Positions 19,307-29,894 are shown, numbered from the stretch's first letter. The stretch: DNA of 49,732 bases from Thermoplasmatales archaeon (GCA_027343465.1 DAHWLW010000082.1:1-49732), one strand, 5' to 3'. The notes: generated from the letters alone by a model not told the origin. A program made the numbers and translations.

Positions 19307-20978
19307 CTATGCCTGGGCTCTCCATTGGTTCATTAGCACTTATTTCGAAAATATTTGATGGATCAGTTACTGGATCAGTCATCCAGCTCCTAGTTATGTT
19401 ATATAAGAAAACCAATTGACCAATCCCAATGATTACACCACCCACGATAGCACTATCCTGATATGGCTGGAAGAATGGGAAATATCCTGCTACGGCTCTT
19501 GGCATTCCAAGGAAACCTCCAACACCCCATGAAAAGGACATGATGAATGAGCCCAGAGCAGTTATATACATATGCCATTTCGCAAGTCTTTCATTGTAGA
19601 CTCTACCGTTGGAAAAGGTTGGAAACAGAAGATAGAATGCTGCCATGGAGACACCTAGTGTCAATCCCACAAATACGAAATGGAAATGACCAGTAACAAA
19701 GTACGTCCCATGAGCTGTGAGATTAACTGCATCATCTCCAAGCATTACCCCCATTGCACCCCCAATTATGAAATCAAAGATGGCATTAATAACAAAGAGC
19801 ATTGGTACTGTTAGCCTGATTTTCTCAGCTGTCCATAAGGTGGCGATCATATTGAAGATTGTCAATGCAGATGGGATAACTACTATGAACGAGGCTATAG
19901 TAAAGAACAATACCCAGTCTGTTCCAAGACCAGAATTGAGAAGATGATGCCCCCATACGAGTTCACTAAGAATCATTAGAAGTCCCAGTGAGAAAACAGC
20001 TGAAGAATAACTGTAAACCGGTTTCCCTGAGAACCTAGATATTATTTCGTACATAATTCCGAAGAATGGCATTATGGCGATGTAAACAATGGGATGTCCC
20101 CAGAACCAGAACAGAATCGCAAACTGCAAAACCGTATGCGTACTGGCAGTAAAGAAGACAGGATTGAAGAAATCATAGAAAAGCATTCCCAGACCAACCA
20201 TTAATGGAGGTGCTGACGTTACGAGCATAAGCAAAGTAAACGCCACGGACCAGGCAAAAATCGGCATCTTGGAAAGTGAAATCTTATCTGATCTATCTAT
20301 GAATATAATTTTTAATACTACTACGCTTGCAAGCATCATCCCTATGAATATCATTTCCATTGCAATTATGGCCAGCCAGTTGTAAGAACCAGCTCCGAAT
20401 GGAGTCAGTTGTAATGAGAGTGGGGGGTACATATACCATCTCATGGATGATCTTGATAGGACAAAAAGTGCGCCACCCAATAGCCAAATCCAGTAGGCGA
20501 ATGATGAATATGTACCCATGTTATCTCTTTTAAGTTTAAGATAAGATGGCAATAGATAGTATCCCAGACCGAGTGCCATCCCAACAGCAAACATGTAAAT
20601 CATTAATGTAGCATGCTCTGTTAGCAATATATTGTAGATAACCGGAACGATTATAGTTGGATTCGGGTCAGTAAGAGATACTCTCATTAGTACTCCAAGT
20701 GCTCCTGCGATAAAGAGAAACAGGAGTGATGTGAAGATATACCTTAATCCTATACTTTTGGAGTCATTTCTGAGGAGTACGGAAAAACTGGCTGATACTC
20801 TTCGGCCATACATTTCTTCCCTTTCATAAACCTGAGGAATTTCATAACCATGCTCTTCGGCCTCTGTTGTTACCTCCTCACGCCCAGTTGCTATTAGATA
20901 GTATATCAGGAATCCTATGATTCCTATCAAAGAACCTAGAACTCCTACAACTATCAGGATATCAGTCTGATTCATCAT
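19290..20978 (-). CDS. Heme-copper terminal oxidase subunit I, B-family-like
   Basis: All six His ligands present: TEHAT, GHPIVY, WGHH, GHFH; also WYMYPPL and GMPR. Confidence 0.95.
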   Translation of the reverse strand: MMNQTDILIVVGVLGSLIGIIGFLIYYLIATGREEVTTEAEEHGYEIPQVYEREEMYGRRVSASFSVLLRNDSKSIGLRYIFTSLLFLFIAGALGVLMRVSLTDPNPTIIVPVIYNILLTEHATLMIYMFAVGMALGLGYYLLPSYLKLKRDNMGTYSSFAYWIWLLGGALFVLSRSSMRWYMYPPLSLQLTPFGAGSYNWLAIIAMEMIFIGMMLASVVVLKIIFIDRSDKISLSKMPIFAWSVAFTLLMLVTSAPPLMVGLGMLFYDFFNPVFFTASTHTVLQFAILFWFWGHPIVYIAIMPFFGIMYEIISRFSGKPVYSYSSAVFSLGLLMILSELVWGHHLLNSGLGTDWVLFFTIASFIVVIPSALTIFNMIATLWTAEKIRLTVPMLFVINAIFDFIIGGAMGVMLGDDAVNLTAHGTYFVTGHFHFVFVGLTLGVSMAAFYLLFPTFSNGRVYNERLAKWHMYITALGSFIMSFSWGVGGFLGMPRAVAGYFPFFQPYQDSAIVGGVIIGIGQLVFLYNITRSWMTDPVTDPSNIFEISANEPMESPGIVGGGK

Positions 20979-21448
20979 GAACCACCCGAGGTTGAATTTG
21001 CTGGAAGAACTGTGAAATATCCCCTCATCTCATAGTGATCCTCTCCACAATACTCGACACATTCATAGTATAATTTTCCTGTTTTTTCTGGTGTAAAGAC
21101 AACATGATTATACTGTCCGGGAACTGCATAGACCTGTACCCCTGCCCCTATTATGAATAAATCATGTATAACATCTCCTGAAGTGACATTGAGAGCATAA
21201 CTAGTTCCTTTTATCAGGTAAACATGAGTGGATGGGGCAGTCATGTTAGGCAATTCGAAACTCCATGACCACTGAACTCCTGTGACATTAATTGTTGTAG
21301 TATTAACATACAATGATGGATTGTATGTATCCTGTGGAATGTTCCTCTCATGCCCAAGTATACCATATACATTGTAAGCAGCACCGCTGGCCAATAATAT
21401 GATAACAATTCCTATAAACAGAATTTCAACCTTCATTTTGCTGTTCAT
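20975..21448 (-). CDS. Heme-copper oxidase subunit II with CuA centre
   Basis: Single TM helix, GVQWSW, SGDVIH, CVEYCGEDHYEM. Confidence 0.95.
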   Translation of the reverse strand: MNSKMKVEILFIGIVIILLASGAAYNVYGILGHERNIPQDTYNPSLYVNTTTINVTGVQWSWSFELPNMTAPSTHVYLIKGTSYALNVTSGDVIHDLFIIGAGVQVYAVPGQYNHVVFTPEKTGKLYYECVEYCGEDHYEMRGYFTVLPANSTSGGS

Positions 21449-21693
21449 CTATAATCCTCCCAATCACCGTTACTTATACCGTGCTTATACACCGGATAAA
21501 AGAGTATAATTATGCTGAAAGCTGATGCAGCTATACCAGCAGAGACAACATAGTCTATTTGCAGCAAATTGGACAAGCCGGGATTTGCCACATAAAAAGT
21601 GCTCAGTAAGAACTTCAAAAGAAAGAATGCCGCTAACCCAATTATAATTGAAACAATTAAAATTGAAGCGATTAGCTTTTTGCTATCGTCCAT
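21445..21693 (-). CDS. Small two-TM protein, probable accessory oxidase subunit
   Basis: First gene of the operon, ATGA-coupled to subunit II; two hydrophobic helices. Confidence 0.7.
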   Translation of the reverse strand: MDDSKKLIASILIVSIIIGLAAFFLLKFLLSTFYVANPGLSNLLQIDYVVSAGIAASAFSIIILFYPVYKHGISNGDWEDYR

Positions 21694-21711
21694 GCAATTG
21701 GATTGAAAAAT

Positions 21712-21722
21712 GTTATATTAAG
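21712..21722 (-). promoter_or_regulatory. TATA box of the oxidase operon (probably leaderless)
   Basis: Minus-strand TTAATATAA about 20-28 nt upstream of ATG 21693. Confidence 0.6.
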
Positions 21723-21819
21723 ATTTCCCAACGCAATACGAAATTAGACAGTCTGTCACTGCTTTAAAAATATAGAACTTCGAATTTTATACACTCAAAA
21801 TGAAATAAATATGGAATCT

Positions 21820-22977
21820 TTAATCCACATCTTTTGTAGATACCTTGACTTCCCTCTTCTTGGACTGAGATTCAATGACCTCGAATTTGCCTTTGAATTT
21901 TTCTAGGACTCGAGGGAGTGATGTATATTCCATCTCATCCTCAGGAAGTCTGTGAGGTTCAAATGGACCCATTCTCCTGAGATAATCAACAACCTGACTG
22001 GCAGTTTTTCTTGCTCCATCAAAGGCGGGATCGTCAAACATATCAACAGGTCCAACGAGTTTTCCGTCTTTTAATACAAATCCCAATCCAATAACCTTTG
22101 GAGGGCCATCAAATCTTGACATCTTTGCATCTTTCAAACTAACAGGCATGAGTGGACCATTAAAGGACCCCCTCATCCACCCAGATACCATATATGGGAA
22201 TGAGAAAGCCTCCATGGCTTCGCCTGAAGCTGGTAGACCGGACTGTATTCTTACAATTCCCGCTGGATCATCTTTGCCAACATATTCACCTGCGATGAAA
22301 GAAAGTTTGTCAGTACTTATGACTGCAACATTCTCATCTGGAAGTTTCTCATGACTCTTCTTTGTGTAGACCCTCTTAATTACGTATCTGCTCTTAGAAC
22401 CTATTAACCCCAGCAGGTCATACATATGTTCCGGACAGTCCAGATAAATCTTTTTAGCCTCAACTATGTCCCACACCTCAAACCTAAACCCATCGTGCAT
22501 ATTTGTATCAATAACTAATCCAGGAGTATTATAAGGATCAGCAAACATCTTGAAAATTGGGAAATTGAAAGCCCCCGGCTCAGTTTTGTCCATCATGTAG
22601 ACGATAAAAGGTTCCGATTTCCTAGGGGTAATCTCCATTTCAGCTATCCCCGGCCCCATTCCTTTGATGTTGCCTGAAAAAGAGTCCTTCAGAAGATCCT
22701 GGCCTGCCCCATAAAGCCCGTATTTCTTAGCTACTGCAGTACCAGCCTTAAAAGCATTCCATGCGAGTTCATGTACTTCAGGAGAGTCAATACCCATGTT
22801 GTGAACCATTGTTATCTGAATGTCGTCCCCGACACTTGAAATATGGAAATCTGAAATGATGTTTTCACCATTCTTTTTGACGTATGAACCGACTTCTTCG
22901 ACAACTGGTGCAAATACAGTTGTATGACCTGGCAAACTTCCAATGTCCGCTTTAATATGAGATATTGTTACTTTCAT
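21820..22977 (-). CDS. fbp: Fructose-1,6-bisphosphate aldolase/phosphatase (class V)
   Basis: KADIGSLPGH, GLYGAGQDLL, DKTEPGAFN, YVGKDDP, GWMRGS, RMGPFEPHRL. Confidence 0.97.
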   Translation of the reverse strand: MKVTISHIKADIGSLPGHTTVFAPVVEEVGSYVKKNGENIISDFHISSVGDDIQITMVHNMGIDSPEVHELAWNAFKAGTAVAKKYGLYGAGQDLLKDSFSGNIKGMGPGIAEMEITPRKSEPFIVYMMDKTEPGAFNFPIFKMFADPYNTPGLVIDTNMHDGFRFEVWDIVEAKKIYLDCPEHMYDLLGLIGSKSRYVIKRVYTKKSHEKLPDENVAVISTDKLSFIAGEYVGKDDPAGIVRIQSGLPASGEAMEAFSFPYMVSGWMRGSFNGPLMPVSLKDAKMSRFDGPPKVIGLGFVLKDGKLVGPVDMFDDPAFDGARKTASQVVDYLRRMGPFEPHRLPEDEMEYTSLPRVLEKFKGKFEVIESQSKKREVKVSTKDVD

Positions 22978-23140
22978 ATACTTTCTATTGTTGAAATATA
23001 TTTAAGGATTTCTGTGACTAAAATCTAAGTTCGTTTATTGGTTAAAATTTCGTTTTTTTAATTCGTCGTTTTGTAAATATCACAGTCATGATGCTTATGC
23101 TTGGAAAAATGTATTAATCAAAATTCATTTAGGAGGACTG

Positions 23141-24709
23141 TTGATATCCGATTTAATAATAGTTCTTTTTGCAGTGATCATTTGGATCGCTTTGATTTAT
23201 TATTTTGCACCTGCCATTAGAAAAAGCAGAAATTTTTCTCCATATGGCCCTGCCCTCATGGTAAAGATTACGACGAACAGAGGACTCCTTGATCGTGCTT
23301 CAAGGAGATTCCCTGGAAAGGGATTTTCAAGAGTATCAGTTGTCATAGTTATAGTAAGTGCAATAATTGCAATTGCAATGCTAAGCTACGGCATTATTCT
23401 TGGAATCCTTGAGCTAAAGTCCGGTATATCAAGTGCGGCATTACCTGTAACAGAGCTGATAGGTCTTCCGGGAATCAACCCGGTAATCCCCATTGGTTAT
23501 GGTGCTGCTGCCCTCATATTTTCTGTTGTTATTCATGAAGTATTTCATGGTATAGTAGCAAGAAAACACGGAATTAAAGTAAAATCTGTTGGAGCTCTCT
23601 TTTTTATAATACCCATAGGGGCATTTGTGGAGCCAGATGAAGACGAAATGGTAAAAGCGGACCCTGTTGTAAGGAGAAGGATCGTGGCTGCTGGACCCGG
23701 TATAAATATAGTAATAGGCGTCGTTGCGATTTTAGCTATAATTTTCCTTATGGGGCCGTCCGTTCATCCCATACATAATGGTGCTTATCTGGAAGAATCC
23801 GGCTCCAAACATATTACTGTTCCTACAGGATCAGAGATAATAAAATTTGGAAATTATAGCGGGTCCAAAATTAATACTCTTGCAACAAATTCTACCTTGA
23901 TGCCGGGAAAATTATACAATGTCACCTATTTTGACCATGGGAAAGAGAATAACACTACGTTAGCTGCCGGCATAATGATTATCTCAACTATTCAGGGTTA
24001 TCCTGCATACAATAATTTGACACCAGGAGGGATAATACTCACTGTTAATAATACTACTATAAACAATGACACCCAATTGAATTCTATTCTGGACTCTGTT
24101 TCACCTGGTTCACCTGTTAACATATCAGAAGAAATATTTCCTGCAAATTCCGCAACTGGATTTGTCGTAAAGAATGCAACTATTGGCACTGTTTCGAAAT
24201 ATTCTTACTATGCCAAATATGATCCTTCTGCAAACAAGGCATCTTACAAGAATGAAAGTTTTATAGGAGTAACTGTGGATTTTGCTGGGCTTGGGACCAT
24301 ACCAATATCGGATTTGGCGCCCATTATCACTGGTGGAATTATAGTAAAGAACCCGGTTTCAAACTTCCTTGGATATCTCGGTCTCCCATTTGAGGGACTT
24401 TCACCAGTACCATCTGGAGTCGCAGCACTTTTCAGTGTTCCTTTCTCACCCCTTGTCTTCTGGGGGGTCCTTAACACACTCTACTGGTTATTCTGGCTTA
24501 ATTTCTTATTAGGTATTACGAATGCCTTGCCATTTGTTGTGCTAGATGGGGGTCAGTTTTTCAGAGACACTCTTTTCATAGGAGAGAGAAGGAAATCGCT
24601 TTCTTTCCTGAAGAGTGACAAGGTAAAAATGGGCATCAGCACATTCCTAAATATGTTAGTATTTCTCCTTCTATTTGGCTCCGTAATACTTGCAGTCCAT
24701 GGTGTATAG
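23141..24709 (+). CDS. Site-2 protease (M50) with an extracellular PDZ-like domain
   Basis: HEVFH, GAFVEPDE, AAGPGIN, NALPFVVLDGG; AGGAGG ribosome-binding site before the TTG. Confidence 0.95.
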   Translation: MISDLIIVLFAVIIWIALIYYFAPAIRKSRNFSPYGPALMVKITTNRGLLDRASRRFPGKGFSRVSVVIVIVSAIIAIAMLSYGIILGILELKSGISSAALPVTELIGLPGINPVIPIGYGAAALIFSVVIHEVFHGIVARKHGIKVKSVGALFFIIPIGAFVEPDEDEMVKADPVVRRRIVAAGPGINIVIGVVAILAIIFLMGPSVHPIHNGAYLEESGSKHITVPTGSEIIKFGNYSGSKINTLATNSTLMPGKLYNVTYFDHGKENNTTLAAGIMIISTIQGYPAYNNLTPGGIILTVNNTTINNDTQLNSILDSVSPGSPVNISEEIFPANSATGFVVKNATIGTVSKYSYYAKYDPSANKASYKNESFIGVTVDFAGLGTIPISDLAPIITGGIIVKNPVSNFLGYLGLPFEGLSPVPSGVAALFSVPFSPLVFWGVLNTLYWLFWLNFLLGITNALPFVVLDGGQFFRDTLFIGERRKSLSFLKSDKVKMGISTFLNMLVFLLLFGSVILAVHGV

Positions 24710-24821
24710 TGCATGTTATTTCTAATTCTAAGAAGCGATGGATTAATAATACCAGAAGAAATTCACGTCTGGCAGTATATAAGGTAAATACCTAGAACTG
24801 TCAATTCATGGTTGATTAAAT

Positions 24822-24971
24822 ATGGCATTTCCAGAAGCTGTAGAAAGAAGACTAAACAAGAAAATATGCATGAGATGTGACGCTAGGAATTCCCCGAACG
24901 CGACCAGCTGCAGGAAGTGTGGATATACTGGTCTCAGGTTCAAAGCAAAGGAAAGAAGAGGGGGACAATAA
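24822..24971 (+). CDS. rpl40e: 50S ribosomal protein eL40 (not in the ORF track)
   Basis: [49 protein letters not shown]. Confidence 0.97.
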   Translation: MAFPEAVERRLNKKICMRCDARNSPNATSCRKCGYTGLRFKAKERRGGQ

Positions 24972-25750
24972 ACACAAAAGAAACCCCGAAAGTTTGTATT
25001 CTAAGAATGGAAGGCACAAATAATGAATTCGAGGCCTTCAACGCATTTCTCGAGTCAGGCTGTGAGCCTCATTACGTGCATCTGAATCAACTCAAAAGGA
25101 AGAAAATTTCCCTGGAAGATTTCTCGTGCCTCTTTATTCCTGGTGGTTTTTCAGCAGGAGATTACATAAGGGCAGGTGCAATCTTTGCCAACAGGTTGAG
25201 GAGTTCTAGCTTCAACGATCTTGTGAGATTTATTGACTCCGGAAAACCGGTTATTGGAGTTTGCAACGGGTTTCAGATTCTCTCAGAAATGGGGTTCCTT
25301 CCGGGATTAGATAAGAACAGAGCCATAGCTCTGGATCATAATGATTCAAACAGATATGAATGCAGGTTTACCTATATCAGAAGAATTTCCAAAAACCCAG
25401 TTTTCAATAAACACTTAAAGCTGAATTATCCTTACGTAGTTCCCGTAGCACACGCAGAGGGAAAGATTAGATTTTATGAAAGAAAAACATTGGAGAAACT
25501 AATTGATTCCGGTCAGGTACTTTTTAAATATTCAACTCAAGATGGCATTGATGGCGATTATCCCTGGAACCCAAACGGCACAATTGAGTCTATTTCAGGC
25601 CTTTCCAACCCGGAGGGAAACGTAATAGGTCTTATGCCACACCCGGAAAGGTTAATGGACGAAAACATAAGGTACAGTGGAATCAGGGGGGAGACAACAA
25701 TAGGTCAGGCTTTCTTCAGCGACATAAAGGAATATATGTTAACAGTCTAG
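24968..25750 (+). CDS. purQ: FGAM synthase glutaminase subunit PurQ (start codon uncertain)
   Basis: [40 protein letters not shown]. Confidence 0.95.
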   Translation: MNTKETPKVCILRMEGTNNEFEAFNAFLESGCEPHYVHLNQLKRKKISLEDFSCLFIPGGFSAGDYIRAGAIFANRLRSSSFNDLVRFIDSGKPVIGVCNGFQILSEMGFLPGLDKNRAIALDHNDSNRYECRFTYIRRISKNPVFNKHLKLNYPYVVPVAHAEGKIRFYERKTLEKLIDSGQVLFKYSTQDGIDGDYPWNPNGTIESISGLSNPEGNVIGLMPHPERLMDENIRYSGIRGETTIGQAFFSDIKEYMLTV

Positions 25751-26292
25751 GAGTCGTAATAAACAGCTGAAATTGAATTCAAAAGCTCTGCTGAATTCTT
25801 CCTGAATTCCTCAAGAGTGCGATCATTAACAAGCATAAAATCGGAAAGAGAGATGGTTCTTCCTATGCCCCATTCAAGCTCTCGCGTATCCCGTTTATTA
25901 AGGCCAGCCTTGTCCTTTACATCGTCAGGCCGGCTCCTTCTCTGTATTCTTCTTAGACGTTCCTCCTGATTGGCATAGATCGCGATCACCTTTACTTTAC
26001 TGAACCTATTTCTAAAGAACTCCAATTCTTCAATGTTCCTGAGGCCATCAACAATTGTCCTGTCCGGTTCCCTGATAAATTCCGATGTCCTTCTGGCCCA
26101 TATGTCCATCCCATGTAATTTCCTTTCATCGGATGCATATTTACCAATTTGCGAATCATTTTCTGCAATTCCCTGTCTCCTGGCATAATCCTTAACCGTA
26201 TTCCCCATGTGTACATCAAGCCAGCCCAGTTTTTTTGCTACCTGAACAAATTCATCTTTTCCTGATCCCGGCATTCCGGTGACTATCAACAT
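25747..26292 (-). CDS. Archaeal dephospho-CoA-kinase-like P-loop protein (UPF0200/COG0237)
   Basis: VTGMPGSGK, DGLRNIEE, RDTRELEWGIG; start re-placed at ATG 26292. Confidence 0.85.
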   Translation of the reverse strand: MLIVTGMPGSGKDEFVQVAKKLGWLDVHMGNTVKDYARRQGIAENDSQIGKYASDERKLHGMDIWARRTSEFIREPDRTIVDGLRNIEELEFFRNRFSKVKVIAIYANQEERLRRIQRRSRPDDVKDKAGLNKRDTRELEWGIGRTISLSDFMLVNDRTLEEFRKNSAELLNSISAVYYDS

Positions 26293-26447
26293 GCATACCT
26301 GAAGGCGGGATTTATTCAATATGTTTTTCAGAAGAACAAACAGATTTTTCTCTTCAGTCATGGAGGTAAGATAAAAATCCTGAAATCTTTCATAAAGCAA
26401 ATCCCATTAAGCTTTTTAACAAAATAAGCATTACGTATCGATTCCAA

Positions 26448-28346
26448 ATGGATCTGAACTTAACACTTGGCGGTCCTCAGGGTGGTGGAATTGATACATC
26501 TTCTAACATGATTACCCGGGCCTTTGCAGCCGCAGGATATAATGTTTTTGGAGTTAGAGAGTACCATTCCAACATAAAGGGGAGGCATAGCTACAATCAC
26601 CTCAGGGTGAAAGAAGAGAGACCAAGGTCTTTGAAATATCCGGTAGATATTCTTATTGCCCTGGATCCTGACACAATCTTTGAACACATTGAGGATGTCG
26701 GTGATGGCACAAAAATAGTATACGATAAACAATTCGAAACCTCTGATCTAGCCTCAGCAAGAATGATAATGAGAGATACTGCAAAGAGGATAAAAGAAAC
26801 CCTTCAGGAAGAGAAATTGCCTCTTAACATAAAGGGTGCACTTCAGCTGATGCAGAAAAAAGGTGGAACCCCTATTGCCGTTCCCTTCAATGAAGTTGTT
26901 TCATCTGCAATTTCAGATGGTGTTCCCACAAGATATTTCAACACTCTTGGATCCGCAATTACCCTGGCAATAGCAGGTCTGCCAGCAGAATTTGGAGAGG
27001 AGTCAATCAGACAGGTCTTCTCGGCAAAGGAGAGTGTTGTTGCAGAAAATATCAAAGTAGTTAAAGCAGCCTATGAATACTGCAAAAACAATAATCTTGC
27101 CGGAAAAACCATACCTAAGCTTGCAAAGAAAAAGAGATTCCTGATAACTGGAAATGATGGTTCAGCTATTGGCAAACTGATGGGCGGGCTGAGGTTTCAG
27201 ACTTATTACCCTATAACCCCAGCTAGTGATGAAAGCTCGATTCTAGAGGAACATGGTGCAATCTCATTCATCGAAAATGAGAAAAGAAGTCTGAAAGATT
27301 CAGGCATAGTAATAGTTCAGACAGAGGACGAAATATCCGCTGTTACAATGGCTCAAGGGGCTGCAATCACTGGAGCGAGAGCATCCACAGCAACAAGTGG
27401 GCCCGGTTTTTCGCTAATGGCAGAAGGTATCTCATTTGCAGGGATGGATGAAGTCCCCATACTGATAACACTCTATCAGAGAGGCGGGCCTAGTACTGGC
27501 TTGCCAACAAGGAATGGGCAGTCTGATCTTCTTTTCGCCTTAAACACCGGACATGGTGAATTCCCAAGAATAGTCATCTCGTCTGGAGATGTGGAGGAGT
27601 GCATTTATGACGCAATGAAAGGCCTGAACTATGCCCAGAGGTATCAGATGCCCGTTCTTCATCTCATTGACAAGAACCTTGCAAATACCAGTGACCTTGT
27701 ACCTGAGATAGATTCTAAAAGAGTCAAGGTAAGCCAGGTTCTAGCTACCAAGGATTCAGAATCTTTCAGAAGATATAACCTCGATACAGAAAACGGAATT
27801 TCGAACGCAGGATACCTTGGAAAGAATATCTTCTGGATGACGGGTGATGAGCACGATGAACTTGGGCACGTTACAGAGGACCCGGATATAAGGGACAGAA
27901 TGATGAGAAAGAGGTTCCAGAAGCTTAAAACTGTTGAAGAAGAGGTTCCAATGAATGACAGAGCTGTGTTATACGGCCCTGCCGATGCAGAGATCACCTT
28001 TGTAACCTGGGGAAGCCAGAAGGGCGTTATCCTTGATGTTATGGAAGACCTCAAATCAAAGGGAATTTCAGCAAATCTTCTTTACATTAAGATGTTTGAG
28101 CCATTTCCATCTGAGTTTGTTTCCAAAATACTGAAAAAAGCAAAGCTTGTCATTGATGTTGAAAGCAACATGCTGGCTCAGGCTGCCCGTGTAATCAGAA
28201 CAAACACAGGCATTAACATTGAGAAGAGTATTCTGAAATATAACGGCAGGCACATAACCGAAGACGAACTTCTGGAATCTGCCATGAATATTTATAAAAA
28301 CAGAAAAGAGGAGAAATTGGAGGAGGTTTTGGAAAATGGCGCATAA
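26448..28346 (+). CDS. 2-oxoacid:ferredoxin oxidoreductase alpha subunit (gamma-alpha fusion)
   Basis: GGPQGGG, YHSNIKGRHS, YPITP, EDEISA, ATSGPGFSLM, RGGPSTGLPT. Confidence 0.97.
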   Translation: MDLNLTLGGPQGGGIDTSSNMITRAFAAAGYNVFGVREYHSNIKGRHSYNHLRVKEERPRSLKYPVDILIALDPDTIFEHIEDVGDGTKIVYDKQFETSDLASARMIMRDTAKRIKETLQEEKLPLNIKGALQLMQKKGGTPIAVPFNEVVSSAISDGVPTRYFNTLGSAITLAIAGLPAEFGEESIRQVFSAKESVVAENIKVVKAAYEYCKNNNLAGKTIPKLAKKKRFLITGNDGSAIGKLMGGLRFQTYYPITPASDESSILEEHGAISFIENEKRSLKDSGIVIVQTEDEISAVTMAQGAAITGARASTATSGPGFSLMAEGISFAGMDEVPILITLYQRGGPSTGLPTRNGQSDLLFALNTGHGEFPRIVISSGDVEECIYDAMKGLNYAQRYQMPVLHLIDKNLANTSDLVPEIDSKRVKVSQVLATKDSESFRRYNLDTENGISNAGYLGKNIFWMTGDEHDELGHVTEDPDIRDRMMRKRFQKLKTVEEEVPMNDRAVLYGPADAEITFVTWGSQKGVILDVMEDLKSKGISANLLYIKMFEPFPSEFVSKILKKAKLVIDVESNMLAQAARVIRTNTGINIEKSILKYNGRHITEDELLESAMNIYKNRKEEKLEEVLENGA

Positions 28347-29259
28347 TTTTAAGAGCGATGTAACTGTGGACTGGTGCCCCGGATGTGGGGATTTTGGAAT
28401 ACTCACATCCATTACGCAGGCACTTTCTGAATTGAATCTTGATCCGCATAATGTGGTTTCTGTTTCTGGAATTGGTTGCTCCGGAAAGACACCACACTAC
28501 CTTAATATTGGAGGTATACACACCCTGCATGGCAGGTCTATCCCATTTGCCACAGGAGTCAAACTCTCCAACCCAAATCTTAAGGTAATTGTACCAGGCG
28601 GAGACGGAGACATGCTTGGTATCGGCGCAGGACATTTTGTTGCAGAGGGCAGAAGAAACAGCGGACTTACAATAATTATTTTCGATAATGAGGTCTATGG
28701 TCTTACAAAAGGGCAGGCCGCCCCTACAATGCAGCTTGGAGAGAAAACTAAAGGCCTCAGCAGAGCGAATATATTTGGAAAGGTTAACCCCATAGCCCTT
28801 GCCCTTGCATCAGGATATTCATTCGTTGCCAGAGGATTCTCCTTTGACATGAAGCAACTGAAAGAGATAATAAAAACAGCGATTCTTCATGAAGGATCAT
28901 CAGTTATAGATGTTCTTCAGCCCTGCCCTACTTATAACAACATAAACACAATGGATTACTACAGAAAGAAAGTGTACAAGCTGGAAGATGACAAGTCATG
29001 GGATCCAGTTGTAACAGGGGAAAGCATGGATAAGGCCATTGAACAGTTCCAGAAGGCCTACAACAAAGGACTTGAGTGGGAAGAGAGAATTCCAACGGGA
29101 ATATTCTACGATAACAGGGCCATTCCTGCCTTCACAAAGAGACTGAATGAGTTCGTACCACAGTATTTCAAAAATCCACCTTCTGATCAGATCGTCTCTG
29201 GCACAGATGGCTATACCCCAGTTGATGTGGTCAAGACATTTGCGGACAAGACCATTTAG
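28336..29259 (+). CDS. 2-oxoacid:ferredoxin oxidoreductase beta subunit
   Basis: WCPGCG, SGIGCSG, HGR, GDGD, YGLTKGQ, QPCPTYN. Confidence 0.97.
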   Translation: MAHNFKSDVTVDWCPGCGDFGILTSITQALSELNLDPHNVVSVSGIGCSGKTPHYLNIGGIHTLHGRSIPFATGVKLSNPNLKVIVPGGDGDMLGIGAGHFVAEGRRNSGLTIIIFDNEVYGLTKGQAAPTMQLGEKTKGLSRANIFGKVNPIALALASGYSFVARGFSFDMKQLKEIIKTAILHEGSSVIDVLQPCPTYNNINTMDYYRKKVYKLEDDKSWDPVVTGESMDKAIEQFQKAYNKGLEWEERIPTGIFYDNRAIPAFTKRLNEFVPQYFKNPPSDQIVSGTDGYTPVDVVKTFADKTI

Positions 29260-29834
29260 ACAAAAAACAGGTAAATGAAAACGGCTCCGAACACGAAAAG
29301 AAACATGGAGCTGAAGATTTTTATTATTTTTTCCATCCTGTTTTCAAATTTTTTCGTTGCAATCCTAACTGCCCCAGTTAGTATGAACACCCACAGAAGA
29401 GCTCCAGCGAAGAGAAAAATGATTGTAAGAATTCCAAAACGCTCGTAAACACCAAGCCCTGCCGTGAGCCACCAACCGATCTGAAGTGGGTTTAGCAACC
29501 CTACTGATACTCCTGAGATATAACCTCCCTTTCGGCCATTGTCCTGCCCTTCAGATACCCTGGAGATAAGAATTCTGTATCCCAGATAGATAAAGAAAGC
29601 TGCCCCGACCGGATAAATATAGTGCACGTACCTGTAAAGTGAGAATTCGCTGCCGATAAAAATTGTAATTACCATGAGAATGAAGTCAGCTGTCATAGCT
29701 CCAAGCCCAACTAAGACAGCCCCGGGGATGCTTCTAGTGGCCCTGTTTATGAGCATAGAGGTAATTGGGCCAGGTGGAGCAGCCAGAGAAATGCCGAGCA
29801 AGAGGCCTCCTGATGCTAGAAGAATAAAATCCAT
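29256..29834 (-). CDS. LysE-family exporter
   Basis: GISLAAPPGP, GAMTAD, LLNPLQIGWW. Confidence 0.9.
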   Translation of the reverse strand: MDFILLASGGLLLGISLAAPPGPITSMLINRATRSIPGAVLVGLGAMTADFILMVITIFIGSEFSLYRYVHYIYPVGAAFFIYLGYRILISRVSEGQDNGRKGGYISGVSVGLLNPLQIGWWLTAGLGVYERFGILTIIFLFAGALLWVFILTGAVRIATKKFENRMEKIIKIFSSMFLFVFGAVFIYLFFV

Positions 29835-29894
29835 TAAGATACACTTCTCTATTTTCTCACCAAATGATAAAATAATTCAAAATGGTATTGGATC

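Noticed and set aside
24917-24967. ORF-track N-terminal extensions of purQ (and likewise rqcH 15575-15679, the CoxG-like gene 15560-15691 and the P-loop kinase 26293-26400)
   Set aside because: They overlap neighbouring genes or promoter elements and precede the family-typical N-terminus
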